In this document: positions 51,764 to 64,000 of the stretch, one piece after another | Layout of the letters: each line of letters opens with the position of its first letter | How positions within the stretch are numbered: position 1 is the first letter of the stretch | NCBI GenBank assembly: GCA_035084275.1 | Contig: CM068755.1 | Coordinates: 8,556,001 to 8,620,000, forward strand | Source of the DNA: Hydrolagus colliei | Taxonomy: Eukaryota | Direction: 5' to 3' | Length of the DNA stretch: 64,000 nt | Translations under genes and position numbers: made by a program | Notes under the pieces: generated by a model | What the model was told of the DNA's origin: nothing | What the model saw: the letters and a program-made list of their open reading frames with translations, nothing else | The model's database searches: none

Positions 51764-53318
51764 TTTCTGCGTAAGTATTCCTGGAAGCGTGTGTTCAAAG
51801 GAGGCCATCTCCGTCCTAAAATATTCCAGTTGATGACTTGAGTGGTTTATAACCTGTTCTAAAATTCAGTGGAAGGAACTAAAATTTAAAATGAATTAAC
51901 TGCCTCGTTCGTTGGTCAGGGCTTTAGAATATTTCACAGTATTCTTTTGCCAGCTTCCTAAGCAGACTTCTGCTGAATTTCTGCTTCGGATCATGACCCA
52001 GTTAATTTTTTTTCCATGACACTTTTTAAAATATTTTATCCAACCCAAAAGCTATCTGAAAGTACTTTTATGTAAATCTGAAATGTTTGTACATATTTAT
52101 ATATATATATATATATATAAACACAACTCATAACTATGGCAACGGTCTCTGGAGTGAGGTTTGCTACCATGTGAATTAATTGCATCACGATCTTGTGCAC
52201 TTAGAGACTTTTTTTTAAAGGAAGCTTGAGAAGCTTTTCTATTTGCAATGTATAATTTATTTGTATTTTCTGTAACATGCTTTTTGAAATCTAAGGAGCA
52301 TTTTCTTTACGAGTTAGTTTATTATTGCTAAGATGAGATGTTTGAAATTATTTAAAACCCTAGATGTACATTCTCCAGACGGCCAAAGTTCTGAAGGAGA
52401 ATTTCTCAAGAGAGAATCTTAATCTTAAAACGATTCCTTTCAATATGCTTTCAAGTCCATTTTCGCAACAGAAGTTCCATTTATTAAACTGAGAACTAGA
52501 AAAACTTGAACCAACTCTTTCGTTGGTTAATCTGTAAAAGCAAAGGAGGGGGCAGCGAAGAAGATTCAATTATCTGTAAATGTAATACTGTAGTTACTAA
52601 AGCTTGTATTTTTTACTTTTATTTTTAGTCACTGTGAATGCTCATTTACTGGGAATTAGAAATATTGTAGGATATGACAAGAAGGTGGGCTGATTAAGGG
52701 ATGTATTTGGTGTGTGGTAGTGCATGAAATAGCCTGATGGACCTCATGGCCTTCTGTTCTTAACTTCTTACTTATTCCAGTTACACTGAAATGATGAGAT
52801 TCAGTTCTATTACTCAATTTGAGTAGAGGATTCAAGACATAATGGCCCAGGGTTCTAGCTGTGTGCACAATGCTTAAAGCTTCATTAACAGTCACAGTTC
52901 TAGTTAAATAACAAGTAAAATTAATGGGACATTATATTACTGCACATCACTGAATAAGTTACTATCAAGATGAAAGAACACAAATGGTAAAAAAGAATGA
53001 GATTTCTGGAAAGTGTGTGTGTGGAACTTACCTTGGGTACTACCACTCGTAGAACCACAAGACAATCCCTCCATATCTGGCTTTTCCAGGGTCCCACTCT
53101 GTTATCTTGCATTTAACATACCACAAATGTAACTTGTGCATCCATTGTGTAGAGGAATGATTACTGATGCGTAGGGTCAGAAGGAGAGGGGCTTACAATG
53201 TTAGAGTCACACCCTATCTGTTACAAAGTGGCAAAACAATTTACTCTAAGAATAACATTTACCGACATTTTACTGAATTATCAGTGAGCTGTTTAGCAGA
53301 TGCTTGGCTTCTGATTGA

Positions 53319-53579
<261 letters not shown>

Positions 53580-56500
53580 TAAAGATGATGGCTGTGTTGA
53601 TAAGATAGGGGGGTGGAGAGAGAAGTGGGGAGGGGAATGCTAGTTATATCTCATATTAGTTAATTTATCTATTGCTATTTCATCATTTTGCCCCATTTTT
53701 GGTCATCCTGTTTCCCACACTATCCTTTGGATAACGGCACAAGGCTGAAGTGCGACTAGTCCTTTGGTTTTCTCTAGTCAGCTCGGGTCTGAAGCAGTAA
53801 CTGTCCAGAGCCTCGGGACGTCCTCCTGACATTTTCTAATGGTCCTATTGGAAGAGCTGGATGGATAGCATGAGAAATTAAAAGGACAACTATATATTTA
53901 ATTGGAGGAGAAATAAATGATGCTGTAATGTTCTATTAATGGCTTTAAATGTATTGAGGAGGTTTGATCTCAAGGGTATTACTTTGTAGTAAGGTATAAT
54001 CATAATTATATGATGCTTTGGAGCATGTACTGTTAACAATGAAAATTAAAAAGTTTTGTCTCGCTTTCCCAGATGTCAGGCTAATCCAAATTTACAACCT
54101 TGCACACGACATGGCTCATTTAAAAATTGACTAGATCACATTACTTAATGGAACTGCAGGAAACAAGGTAAAGTCCTGCAGTAGAAAATTACAGCAAAAA
54201 TTGCATGTCCAATACTGCTTCAGCCACCTGAGGAAAGCTCTAGGTAGGGTGCATATTATTAATTTGAAAATTAATAACTAATTCTACATTTTGGTTTACT
54301 TTATCATATTGAGGCTTAAAAATACCCCCACTTTCCTTTCAGATGTTTCCAGGTTAAAGAGCCTTTCTTTATCTATTTGTTCCCTTTGTTTAACCACAAA
54401 AATAATTGAGACATTATTTGAAAACCGAATGGAGTTTCTCCTGCTGTTCTAGTCAGATATCCTGCAGATTAATTGGTCATTCTTCGCATCGCTGTTTGTG
54501 CGATCTTCTGAGCAAAATTGCATAATGTGACTGCAAAAATGTTACACTGGATTGTAAATAGTGCAAAGGTCTTTGAAACACTTGCATGTGTTAGGCATTG
54601 TAAAAATGCTATTTTCTTTTAATATTGATTATTGCATATTTCATCCACCATTTCAACTGTATGAACTGAAAAGGAATTTCCCAAACAGAGCTTTGTGTGA
54701 ATGAGGTGCCACAACATAGAGGCATCTCTACAAAGAAGAATACCTATCAAAGTTTAATACTTGTCTATAACTATTACCTGGTTGCTAGGCAGTAAACATG
54801 TTTTTTTGGTGAAAGCGATAGGAGGTACAAACAACTTATGTAGACAATTTCCCTAATAAATTTTGTAAGACAGCATTATTTCCAACTAATGTAAATGCAG
54901 ATCTCTTGAATAATTGAGAGGGTGGATTCATCATCAACAAGTTCAGCTGGGATTCTCTCGAACTGAGGCAACCAGAGTCCCCTTTATTGGGAGCAGTAAT
55001 TGATATTTAGTCAAAGTGAATGGGGTCGATTTTCAGACTTGTTTTATTTTATCATTTCCCAAACGTTTACGTGCCTAACTGACTTTCTTTTTTTAAAAAA
55101 AATGCTCTTCTAACTAATAGTTACATTGATACATGTGGTAAGAGTGGGATTAACTGCCAGATTTCTGTCAGAGCACTTATGACAAAAGAGTCTTTGTTTG
55201 CTGTGATTGAAATGGGTTCAGTTTTTTTTCAACTGGGTTATTCTCATTAATTATTTACCAGCTCTATGAAGCATGACTGGCGGCAGCAGTGTTTTTAGTA
55301 TATTCCCCGCAATAAACAATGAGTAATCCTAGCCACGCCATTTCTGACCTAAACTGGTCTCTTTTTATCTAAAATCAGCCACTGCCTGCCTCCTCCTTCA
55401 GAAGAGCTGGATTAAACTGCGACTATCTGAGACAGCATTAAATGAGAGGCACAGTAGCCGACCTGCTGTGGCTATGGGCACCCCCTCACCTTGTGTGTGA
55501 GTTTGACATATAATTGCTCAGTGTAAGACATGTGATGGTCAAATTTGACCTTGTCACTTATTTTGACAATTATTGAGCCAATTAGATCTTGTATAAATGA
55601 ATTGATCTTGTCTGGGGTTAAGCAGCCAATCTTTAAAACAAAAACAGTTACGGGGGGTTGTTATTTTCTACCAATCCGGCTAGGGAATGTTACTTCTATC
55701 TTACTTACCTTGCATTTGATATAGTGCTTTATTACATCGAAGCATCTCATAGTGCTTCACAGAGTTTTTGTAAGAAGTGTACTGACTGTATTTATAGGTG
55801 AATGTGGCAGCCAATTTCCTTACAGCAATGTCACACAAACAAGCAGGAGGTGAATGGCCAATTTAATTGGAGAATGTTGGTTGGTATTCTGGAAATAACT
55901 CCCTTCTCTTTTGGAATAGTGTCATGGGTTCTTTATGGTCCACCTGGCAAAACTCAGTTTAACAGTTATGTCACAAACTTTGGATTACTGATCTGACTTC
56001 AAAACTTGGTTGATAAACTATGATTTTAGTACTGGACTTTTCAGAGCATCTCGATAATCCTAGCAGCTAACCTCTAACCTTCAGCACTCCTAGATACTAC
56101 ACTGTCATGCATGGAAATAAATATATACTGTTAAATGCAAGTTGTTGTTGTTGATCAACATTCAAGTCCAGTGGACTATTTACTGTGATAATAATTTAGA
56201 TTTGTTTGATATTGAAAATTAAGTTGTTGGGTGTTTATGGACTGACTTCATGTATTTCTTTCTTTCTAAACCAGTGCCATTGAATCACTCAGTCTGTTGG
56301 TACCTTGTTCTATTGCTTTAAATCTTTAATTGGAAGAATAAAAATTATGCATTGGGTTACACGTCCTTGTGTTTTGTCTTTATTCATCATCACTCAGCTC
56401 CTGATGAACAAGGAGATATGCCTTTTGCTGTCTGAGCATCAGTCTGTGATGCAGCATTTCAGCATTATTGACCCAAATTCTTACTCAGTGACAAAGTTCA

Positions 56501-56590
56501 CAAAAAATTCATGTGAAATATTGTGTTAGATATCTACCTGGTAAATAATGGTTTCCATGCTGACAGCACTTGATCTGTTTCCCTCTGCAG

Positions 56591-56626
56591 GCAATTCCAG
56601 AGATGACAGCCTTGTTGGAGAAGTGA
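56591..56626 (+). CDS. ETFA: ETFA exon 12 (last coding exon)
   Basis: ctctgCAG then AIPEMTALLEK-TGA, homologous to the VVPEMTEILKKK-type C-terminus. Total CDS 996 nt stays in frame. Confidence 0.92.
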   Translation, partial: AIPEMTALLEK

Positions 56627-57266
56627 TGTGAAGTCTGCAATCCCAACAGATGACGAGATGCTGATTTAATTGTCAGGGCTATACACTTCAAATCTTACCT
56701 GCAGGCAATAAGAACAGTATAGTCAGCACGGAATTATGTTCAAACATTATTTTTGAAGCGTCCCAATACTTTTGCCTCTATTGACTTGATGGATGACAGG
56801 AGAAAATCTATCATCTTTGACATACGGTTCCAGATTTTTAATGCTAACTAAATATATTTCATTAATAAGACAGAATAATTTCAAGTGGTACTTTTAATTA
56901 AGCCATTTTATTTTCTTGTCCTGCCCTTTGCCTTCTACATTCTCATTCATGAATGACAGAGTGGGCAGGATCCCCTCGCTCCCAGGCCTTTTCTAACTTG
57001 CTACAGCTGGCTGCTAAGATGTATAAAGAGTTCCTCAGGTTGAAACCTGTTTTTCCTCATTGATGTCACTAGAGACTTCCCTAAGACAGCATAGTGATTT
57101 CTAACTATGGGCCTGGGTTTTACCATTTTGCACATCACTACCATAGTTGTGTGGCTACTTTTATGTATTTGTTTCAGGCACAGTCCTGAGGATGATAACT
57201 GGCGAATTCTTGTGATCATTAATCGAACAAATTACCGGTTGGGATTGTGGCCCTCAACCAGAAGCA

Positions 57267-57272
57267 AATAAA
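57267..57272 (+). terminator. Candidate ETFA polyadenylation signal AATAAA
   Basis: First canonical hexamer I found after the stop codon, about 640 nt downstream, with a U-rich tract further on. Confidence 0.45.
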
Positions 57273-60200
57273 ATTGTACCACAGCCACTGATGTGACATT
57301 GCTTTTCCTCTTCGTTCACATAAAAAATGTCGAGCAAGAGTAGACCATTTGTCCATCTGTGTACAACATACAATTCTGTACAATTATCGTACATCGAAGG
57401 GGTAGAGGAGATGAGCAGCAGCTCCAGTTCTACACAGAGTGATCTTCTGAAGAGATGAGCTCGTACAGTTGAGAGAAGGTGATGGGGGGGAAAGTGATTA
57501 AATTAGTCAGATACGTCCTTAAGTGCCTTGGTTATAGAAGGGACCTGGTACAGTATTGATTGTAATCCTAATTGGTGGAACCTACCCTCCTTCCCTCCCT
57601 CCCCCTCCTTTCTGGTTACTAATTTTAACCATAATGTACATTCTAAAGTTCAGATTTAATTGTGATAACTAGGGATGAATACATCTGCATTGATTGTCAC
57701 TTTTGTTGATTTTCTTGTGTGAATCTCCATGTACATTTGTAACCTGGAGCTCAAAGAGGGAACTAAAGGAGATGAATTACAAGCTTGCGTCAAGTGTCTT
57801 TATTTTATCTCCCCGCCTCCCCCCCACCCGCTCCAAACTGTGTATATAGGATGCCTTCATTTGGCTGAGAAAGAATCTACCGTGATAATCCTATATCTTT
57901 GCATTTGATACAACGCACCTTATCTCAATGTTGAAACGCTAGAGAATAAGTACTTTTTGCCATCCAATTGTATCTATTGATGGAGTCCATATTGAATGGA
58001 AAAAACTTTGAAGTTTTGACATGAGGCACTTTCAAATTGGAATGATACGTTTTTATTGTATACTGTACCTATGTGTCAATCTATCACATACTTTACGGGT
58101 AAGGTTCTATAACACGCTTGTGAATTATGTAGGATTTGACTGTTAGTGGAAAGCTTTACGCAATGTTGCCTTTTGGTGAGATTATTAATTTTTTTTAATG
58201 GGAATTGATTTTGTTGGTTTTTCAATTCCAATGCATTATTTGATTAAGATGTCTGCATAATGAATAATATGAATTATTTAAAAGTTCAGAGCAAAAGATG
58301 AATGTGAAATTGTAGAAAACAGTGACACCCTCCACCCCTTTATATTTATCGGAGAAGGGAGGCAGCACGAAAAACTATTATTCTTTACAGGGCGTGTAGT
58401 TACTAGGAGCATGGATAATTTATGTTATGGTTTCTGGACTGAGGAATAAGCTCTTCCTAAAACAGTAAACCATGTAAAACACTGATGTTAATAGTGAAGT
58501 AACACAATGAGGTTTGTTTCAGATAAAGACTAAGAAGAAATCTTGGTTCCCTGTCATAGCTATAAATACTTATGAAATCTTATTGGTGAAGCTAACATTA
58601 GTGAGTAACCCAACCTGACTATGTGAAGGATCTACTTTACCACAAGCAGGGTTAGTTATCAAATCCGTATGTTTCAATAATTTTAACTGCAGTAATTGAG
58701 CATGCTAATTGGATTTTTTGTTAATATTACAGGCGTAACCACTGAGGCTAATTTGTGGCATGAACTAGATTCCTTAATAAGAAATCAAGTTATGCAAATA
58801 GGACTCATGCTGACTTGTGTGTATTCCACTCTGGTGCGAATGAAGTTTGATGAATAATAAATCCCTTTAAGAAACACCACAATTACAACAATAACAAAAT
58901 CACATTTATAGAGCGCCTTTCACGTCGGGAGGACGTCGCATGGCGCTGAAATTACCACAAATACCTGGTTCTAGAATTGCACGGAAAGCTGATAGCAATA
59001 GATCCAGTGGGAGGCAAAGATGACGAGATGAAAAAAGGAAAATATAGAACAACATAGCTGCTGTATAGTGGTCAATTGCTGGTGAAGAGTTAAATAAAAG
59101 CTATTCTTGCTTTTTCCTGTTTTCCCATTATCCCTAGGCTTAATTCAATAGGCACATCTTTGAAGAGTTATTTCTCCTCACAACCCCTGCTATGACTGTT
59201 TTTTTAAAGCAAGTCAGAAGTTTCAATTACAAATTACATTTTTCAGAATAAATGTAATCCTAAATTTAGTGAGTGCTGGTAAAGTGCATGGAACAAGCTT
59301 AAATCGTTTTAAAACGGACATTCAATTCCCCTCATTTGTCCTAATCAGTAACTAAATTAGGCAGCAAAAGTGATTTTGATAGATCTAGAGTTTTAGAATT
59401 CCATGAAATGGGAGAGCTGTATTAATGGGTGGAAGTAGATAAATGGATTAGGTTTGACAAGGTTCTGCATTGTGCGCTCTAAACCCAGTGACAAAAAACA
59501 TTAAAAAATGCTGGTTAATGGCAACCAAATATGCAAAGTTTATAGTTAAAATGAATAATGTACTTCTTATTTGTGGGATGCGTGGCAAATGTTATGTGAA
59601 CCAGGAAAAATTGCAAGCAAAGTGAGGATAAAGAAGTTGGTCATGTGCAGAAGAATAACTTTCTTTGTGGGTGCCTACTCAGGTACACCCAGCTTACCCA
59701 CCGTCCTCCCTTCACAGCATCAAGTTATCTTTTTCAATGAGACCAGAGTCTTGACTTCCACTACCCTCCCTGATAACCTATTCTAGTTATTAATGAAATA
59801 ACTGCATCTAGGTGACTGTCCTGAAATTGCCCTTTGAAACTTGGCTATGAAAGTAGACAGAGTTCGAGTGCATCGGTGTAACTTACTAAGGAATCAGAAG
59901 TTGCCATAATATTACACTTTGAATATTTTTTAACCATCACGTTATGTCCACTGCTGCTGTTTCCACCTAAGAGAATGGTCAGGAGGAGCTGCCTCAAGTC
60001 TCTGTTTCTCTCTAGTCAAACTCTTAGCGAAGAAAGCCAATGCATTGTGCCACCCCAATTCCAATTGTGTTTTGTTTAATCTGTCAATAGCTTACTTACC
60101 AAGAAATTCTTGGACTGCACAATTAGTTATCTAACTTGGCACTTTGTATTTTCTTGTCACCATTTCTTCTAGTTTTTTATAGTTCAAATCTAGGAAGAAT

Positions 60201-60383
60201 GAGACCATGGTTGTCAGCTTGTGTTTTATCCTGTGTAACAGCAGAGAATTTGGGCTGCTGAGTAAAATTAAGAAATATTTTGTTTGTTTGTGAGCCAGAT
60301 TTCTGCACAAAGTTCTTTATTTATGGGAAAAAGTAGAAGGACGGATGAGATAAATCAAGAAATAGTGATTAGATGACGCCAAA

Positions 60384-60439
60384 CTCTTACAATCTGCAGG
60401 GCTCCACAAAGCTCTACAAAGCCCTGCAGATTGTAAGAG
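60384..60439. repeat. Perfect 20-bp inverted repeat with a 16-nt loop
   Basis: CTCTTACAATCTGCAGGGCT / AGCCCTGCAGATTGTAAGAG. Confidence 0.95.
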
Positions 60440-63400
60440 GAAGGGATTGATTGCAATTATATTGTTGCCAGAATTGAAGGTTGGTGGGGAAATGGCACAC
60501 AGCCTTGTAATTCAGTATGACAAAATAGGTTATTTTCACAACAGACCATTCCAAATATTAGGCCGTGACTAGTATATATGAATAAGCTATTAATAGTAAA
60601 AAAAATGGATAAAGAGTAATGCCTACTGTTAACACGTATCAATTTCTATTGGAAATATACAGTATAACCAATTCTGTCCTCACTTGATGATCTCTACATC
60701 AACCACAACAAAATTACATTTGTATAATGCCTTTCACGTCGGGAGGACATCTTAAGGTGCTGCTAGATGTATATATATTCCAGGATGGGGCTGCTGGATA
60801 GCCAGAAGGTAAAGGACAGGTTTGCCAATCCCTTTTCAATAACAAACTTCTAAACTAGTCAGCATTATTATTGCAGTCGGTGCTATATTGAAGTTACATT
60901 TTATCGTTTTTCTTATTTTGTGTTTTATTAACTGATGAGGGTTTTCATTCCACTGACTGGCAAAGTGTTCGCTGTTACTTGGAGTGACAGAGCTGCTGTG
61001 AAAATTAAAATGAACAGATCTAGCCAACATCTGGGCTATCAATCTCCATATTTAATTAAAATGATGACCTTATTAATGAATATACTTTAATACATAAACG
61101 ATGAATATTTATACTGAGCCCTGATTAAAATTTGTGACTCTTACTTAGTCAATCACACTCAAAGCTTATTGCCTAATTAATTGGCCTTTTTTAAAAATTA
61201 CTCTGTAGTATTTAATATACAAACCTTTTAATTTAAGGACTTTGTGTGTGGGAGGAGTTTTTTTTTGAGGACTTAAAATTCGCGAGGGCATCTCATTGAC
61301 AGCCTGTTAAGACCCAGGGGAACACACAGAAAGCATTAGCCAACTTCATTTGGGTTTTAGAAAAACTGATGTGAAATTAACCCTGGCATTCAAGGAAAGG
61401 GAACAGTGCAACCTTAATAAGATCAATCAGGCAGATCTGTTAAGGTTGTGACAACACACTGACCCTAATTAGAGTCCGCTGTACCCAAAACAAATTGTTC
61501 AGTGGTTTTGTAATCAGTTTTTTTAAATGCACTTCAAGGCACCTCCTCGACATGATAAGGCGCTTTATCAAATGCAAAGATCAGTACTATGTTTACACAC
61601 TTAGTGCTATAACATCCTCCAACAGTTTTTACAGAAGTTTTTAATATTAATACAATATTATTGAATAATTCTTGCATTTGATTTTTGAATCATTAAGTTT
61701 TTATAGCCGACTTGAATTTTTTTTAACCATATTCTATTTTTGACTGAGATGTACCGGGAGAATCGTTTTCAGTGGTTGAACATAGCCTAGAAAGGGAGCA
61801 TGTCACCAGAACAACTCAACCCATAAAGAGGAAACGAAACAGAGAGTTCACAGGATTGCCAAATTCAATTAAAAAGATTCATTTTTATTTAAAACACATA
61901 TCTTTCATAGTTCAATTATTGTTCATCGCAATGTACATTATTGTATTTTTTTTCTTACAGAATCCAGACCTTATAAATGAAGTATTTATATTTTACAAAT
62001 ACAGGGCCATGGACTGCATACAGTTCGCATGCAGGGTAACTGGCTTGAACTGGCGATAGCAGATCATATTTCTGCTGCCCGTAGTTAACTCTCCAACCTT
62101 CTTTGTAATCAGTATCATAAATTAAATGAACGCAAGTAGGATCCCGGCTCTGAGAATTTGAGAGCAATGCAGCAGGTTAGTACAGGGAAGCTTCGCTGGA
62201 GTAAGTTGCTTTTTTTTTGTCTTTTCTCTGAAAGCAACTCTTCCTATTGTGTTTGAAAGTTGACACGGCCCCAGAGAAGCATTGAAACTTAGCGTTATGT
62301 GAATGATATTAATAATTCAAGTTGGCCAATGGCTTTACTGCCCACAACTTTTAAATTAAGTAAAGCCAGGCAGTGTCTCAGTTCAAGGATCCTTAAACCT
62401 TTTTTAGTTAATTCAAATCAAAATAATGCCAAACTTCTCAAATAGTGATGACCACTTTTGTATTATTTATATTTTCATTATAATAATTCTTGCATTTGAT
62501 ATGGCGCTTTTCATGTCTTCTAGACTTCTCAAAGCGCTTCACATTATTTAAGACTCGAATTGTACTGGATTTATATCAAATGCATTCACAAATTGAGTTT
62601 AGGAGCATGTATCAATTGAGTAGAGTCATTTTGTTATATCAAACATTGGTTACAAAGACTTGTAAATTCATTTTAACATCCCTTTGTTCCTGTTGATAGA
62701 CAGTAATTGATATATTAGTGTTCTAAATGATTTTGTCTAATACCTTTACCAAAGTCACTGAGTCCAGCTATGTTCCACAACAGCTTGAATCAGTAAATAA
62801 AATCCTTGCATTTGATATGTATGGTTCTTCATCGTGTGATTGAGACATCACAAAGCCCTTCACAGGATTTGCTGTGAAGTATAGTGGCTGTGCAGGCAGA
62901 AGCTGGAGAAGCAGAGTAAACAGACTAATGCAGTTTCAGAGGTGTAGCTGCCACATGGTCTGGTATATTATACCAAATCAATGATGTCACACATTTCACA
63001 ATCTGAACACAGATATACTTCCTTATTAAAAAAAAAGGATGTTAAAGTTTATTGTAAATCTTTGCAGCAAAGTTTTCAGTGTGTTCTGATGGTGAGACAC
63101 CTCTTTAAAAGGGTTTTGATGAAGCAATTTCCTCTTGACGAGGTAGTAAAGCTCCCCCCACCATCCCGTAATCTTGTTGGTTTGTGTGCATATAGTAATG
63201 TATAAAAACAGTGTTAAGTCTTTGCGAAGAAAGTTTTATAATATGGAATGCGCTTCATTGCCTGATGCTGGAATGCGTATAACTAACCCTATGTCGATAG
63301 TTTAATCATCAAAGTAAAAGAAAAAAATGTATATTGTGAGTTTCTTCCCCCCCACCCCCCACCCTGACATAATTTACAGTAAATATTAGATAGAATCCAC

Positions 63401-64000
63401 TAACATCTAGTACTGGTACATCTCACATATATCTGTGTCAAATTTCTTTACATGTACAGGGTTAAAAACTAACAATTCAAATGTTCTAGTTTGATCCCTG
63501 ATCTGTGCTGAGTTATTTGACCTTGGATAGCATAACAACGCTAGGGGGCAATACAACTAGACCTCATCTTTTGTACAAAGAGATGGTGGGGTGTGGGGGT
63601 GGGGGAAGAGGATGACAAAATCAGCCAGGATTCCCGCACCTGTTTGTTTTGGGAGCTTCACACCCAAAGGATATTGTGCTAATCTACCACACCGATGAGG
63701 TGCAGAGATGTTTCTGCAGTTGAGCGGCCACCAGTGAAATTCACAGTGTAAGGGGAGAAGGGGAGGCACAAGCTCTGAGGCACAAACCTTTAGTACAAAG
63801 ACATTTCAATGTTGCGGTATTTTGTTTTGGGGCATTTTCAGCTGGCATAGCTGCTAAAGCCCTGGTCTAGTCCCTCAGATCATTGGCATTTTGATTCAAG
63901 GCTGATTAGACCACTTGACCAACATGTAACAAAGCATTGAGGACAATGAAAAACACAGATACTGTTAGGGAGAGCAGTCATTTGTGGAACTATGGGGTTC

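Noticed and set aside
63536-63555. CTCF-like CGCTAGGGGGCA
   Set aside because: Imperfect match inside a degenerate repeat copy, not supportable without ChIP data.
57300-64000. Expected TMEM266 3' exons on the minus strand
   Set aside because: No recognisable coding sequence. It may lie outside the window.

Overview
Vertebrate genomic DNA, probably a cartilaginous fish (inferred from the SINE/L2/CR1 repeat complement and slowly evolving proteins). It holds two divergently transcribed spliced genes. (1) ISL2 (LIM-homeobox Islet-2) is on the minus strand, ATG at 18134 and stop at 11022. Exons 1, 2, 4 and 6 are complete, exon 3 is an island between two N-gaps, and exon 5 is not visible (probably in the gap at 12816-13015). 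(2) ETFA (electron transfer flavoprotein alpha) is on the plus strand and complete: 12 coding exons, 28638-56626, 996 nt, 331 aa, all GT-AG introns. Head-to-head ISL2-ETFA is the conserved vertebrate arrangement. The rest is tRNA-derived Deu-domain SINEs with L2-type tails, L2 and CR1 fragments, a TA-flanked MITE, microsatellites and likely enhancer-type conserved non-coding elements. Almost all other ORF-track entries look spurious. I found no clear-cut novel biological system. The best leads are: an Isl2 with an Isl1-like LIM2/linker, a miR-128 site with 3' supplementary pairing, a perfect 20-bp hairpin, a MITE with a nested L2, local duplications, a CpG-rich Isl2 domain and enhancer-like blocks in and beyond ETFA. 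Comparisons to human proteins and repeat consensus sequences are from memory and need alignment.
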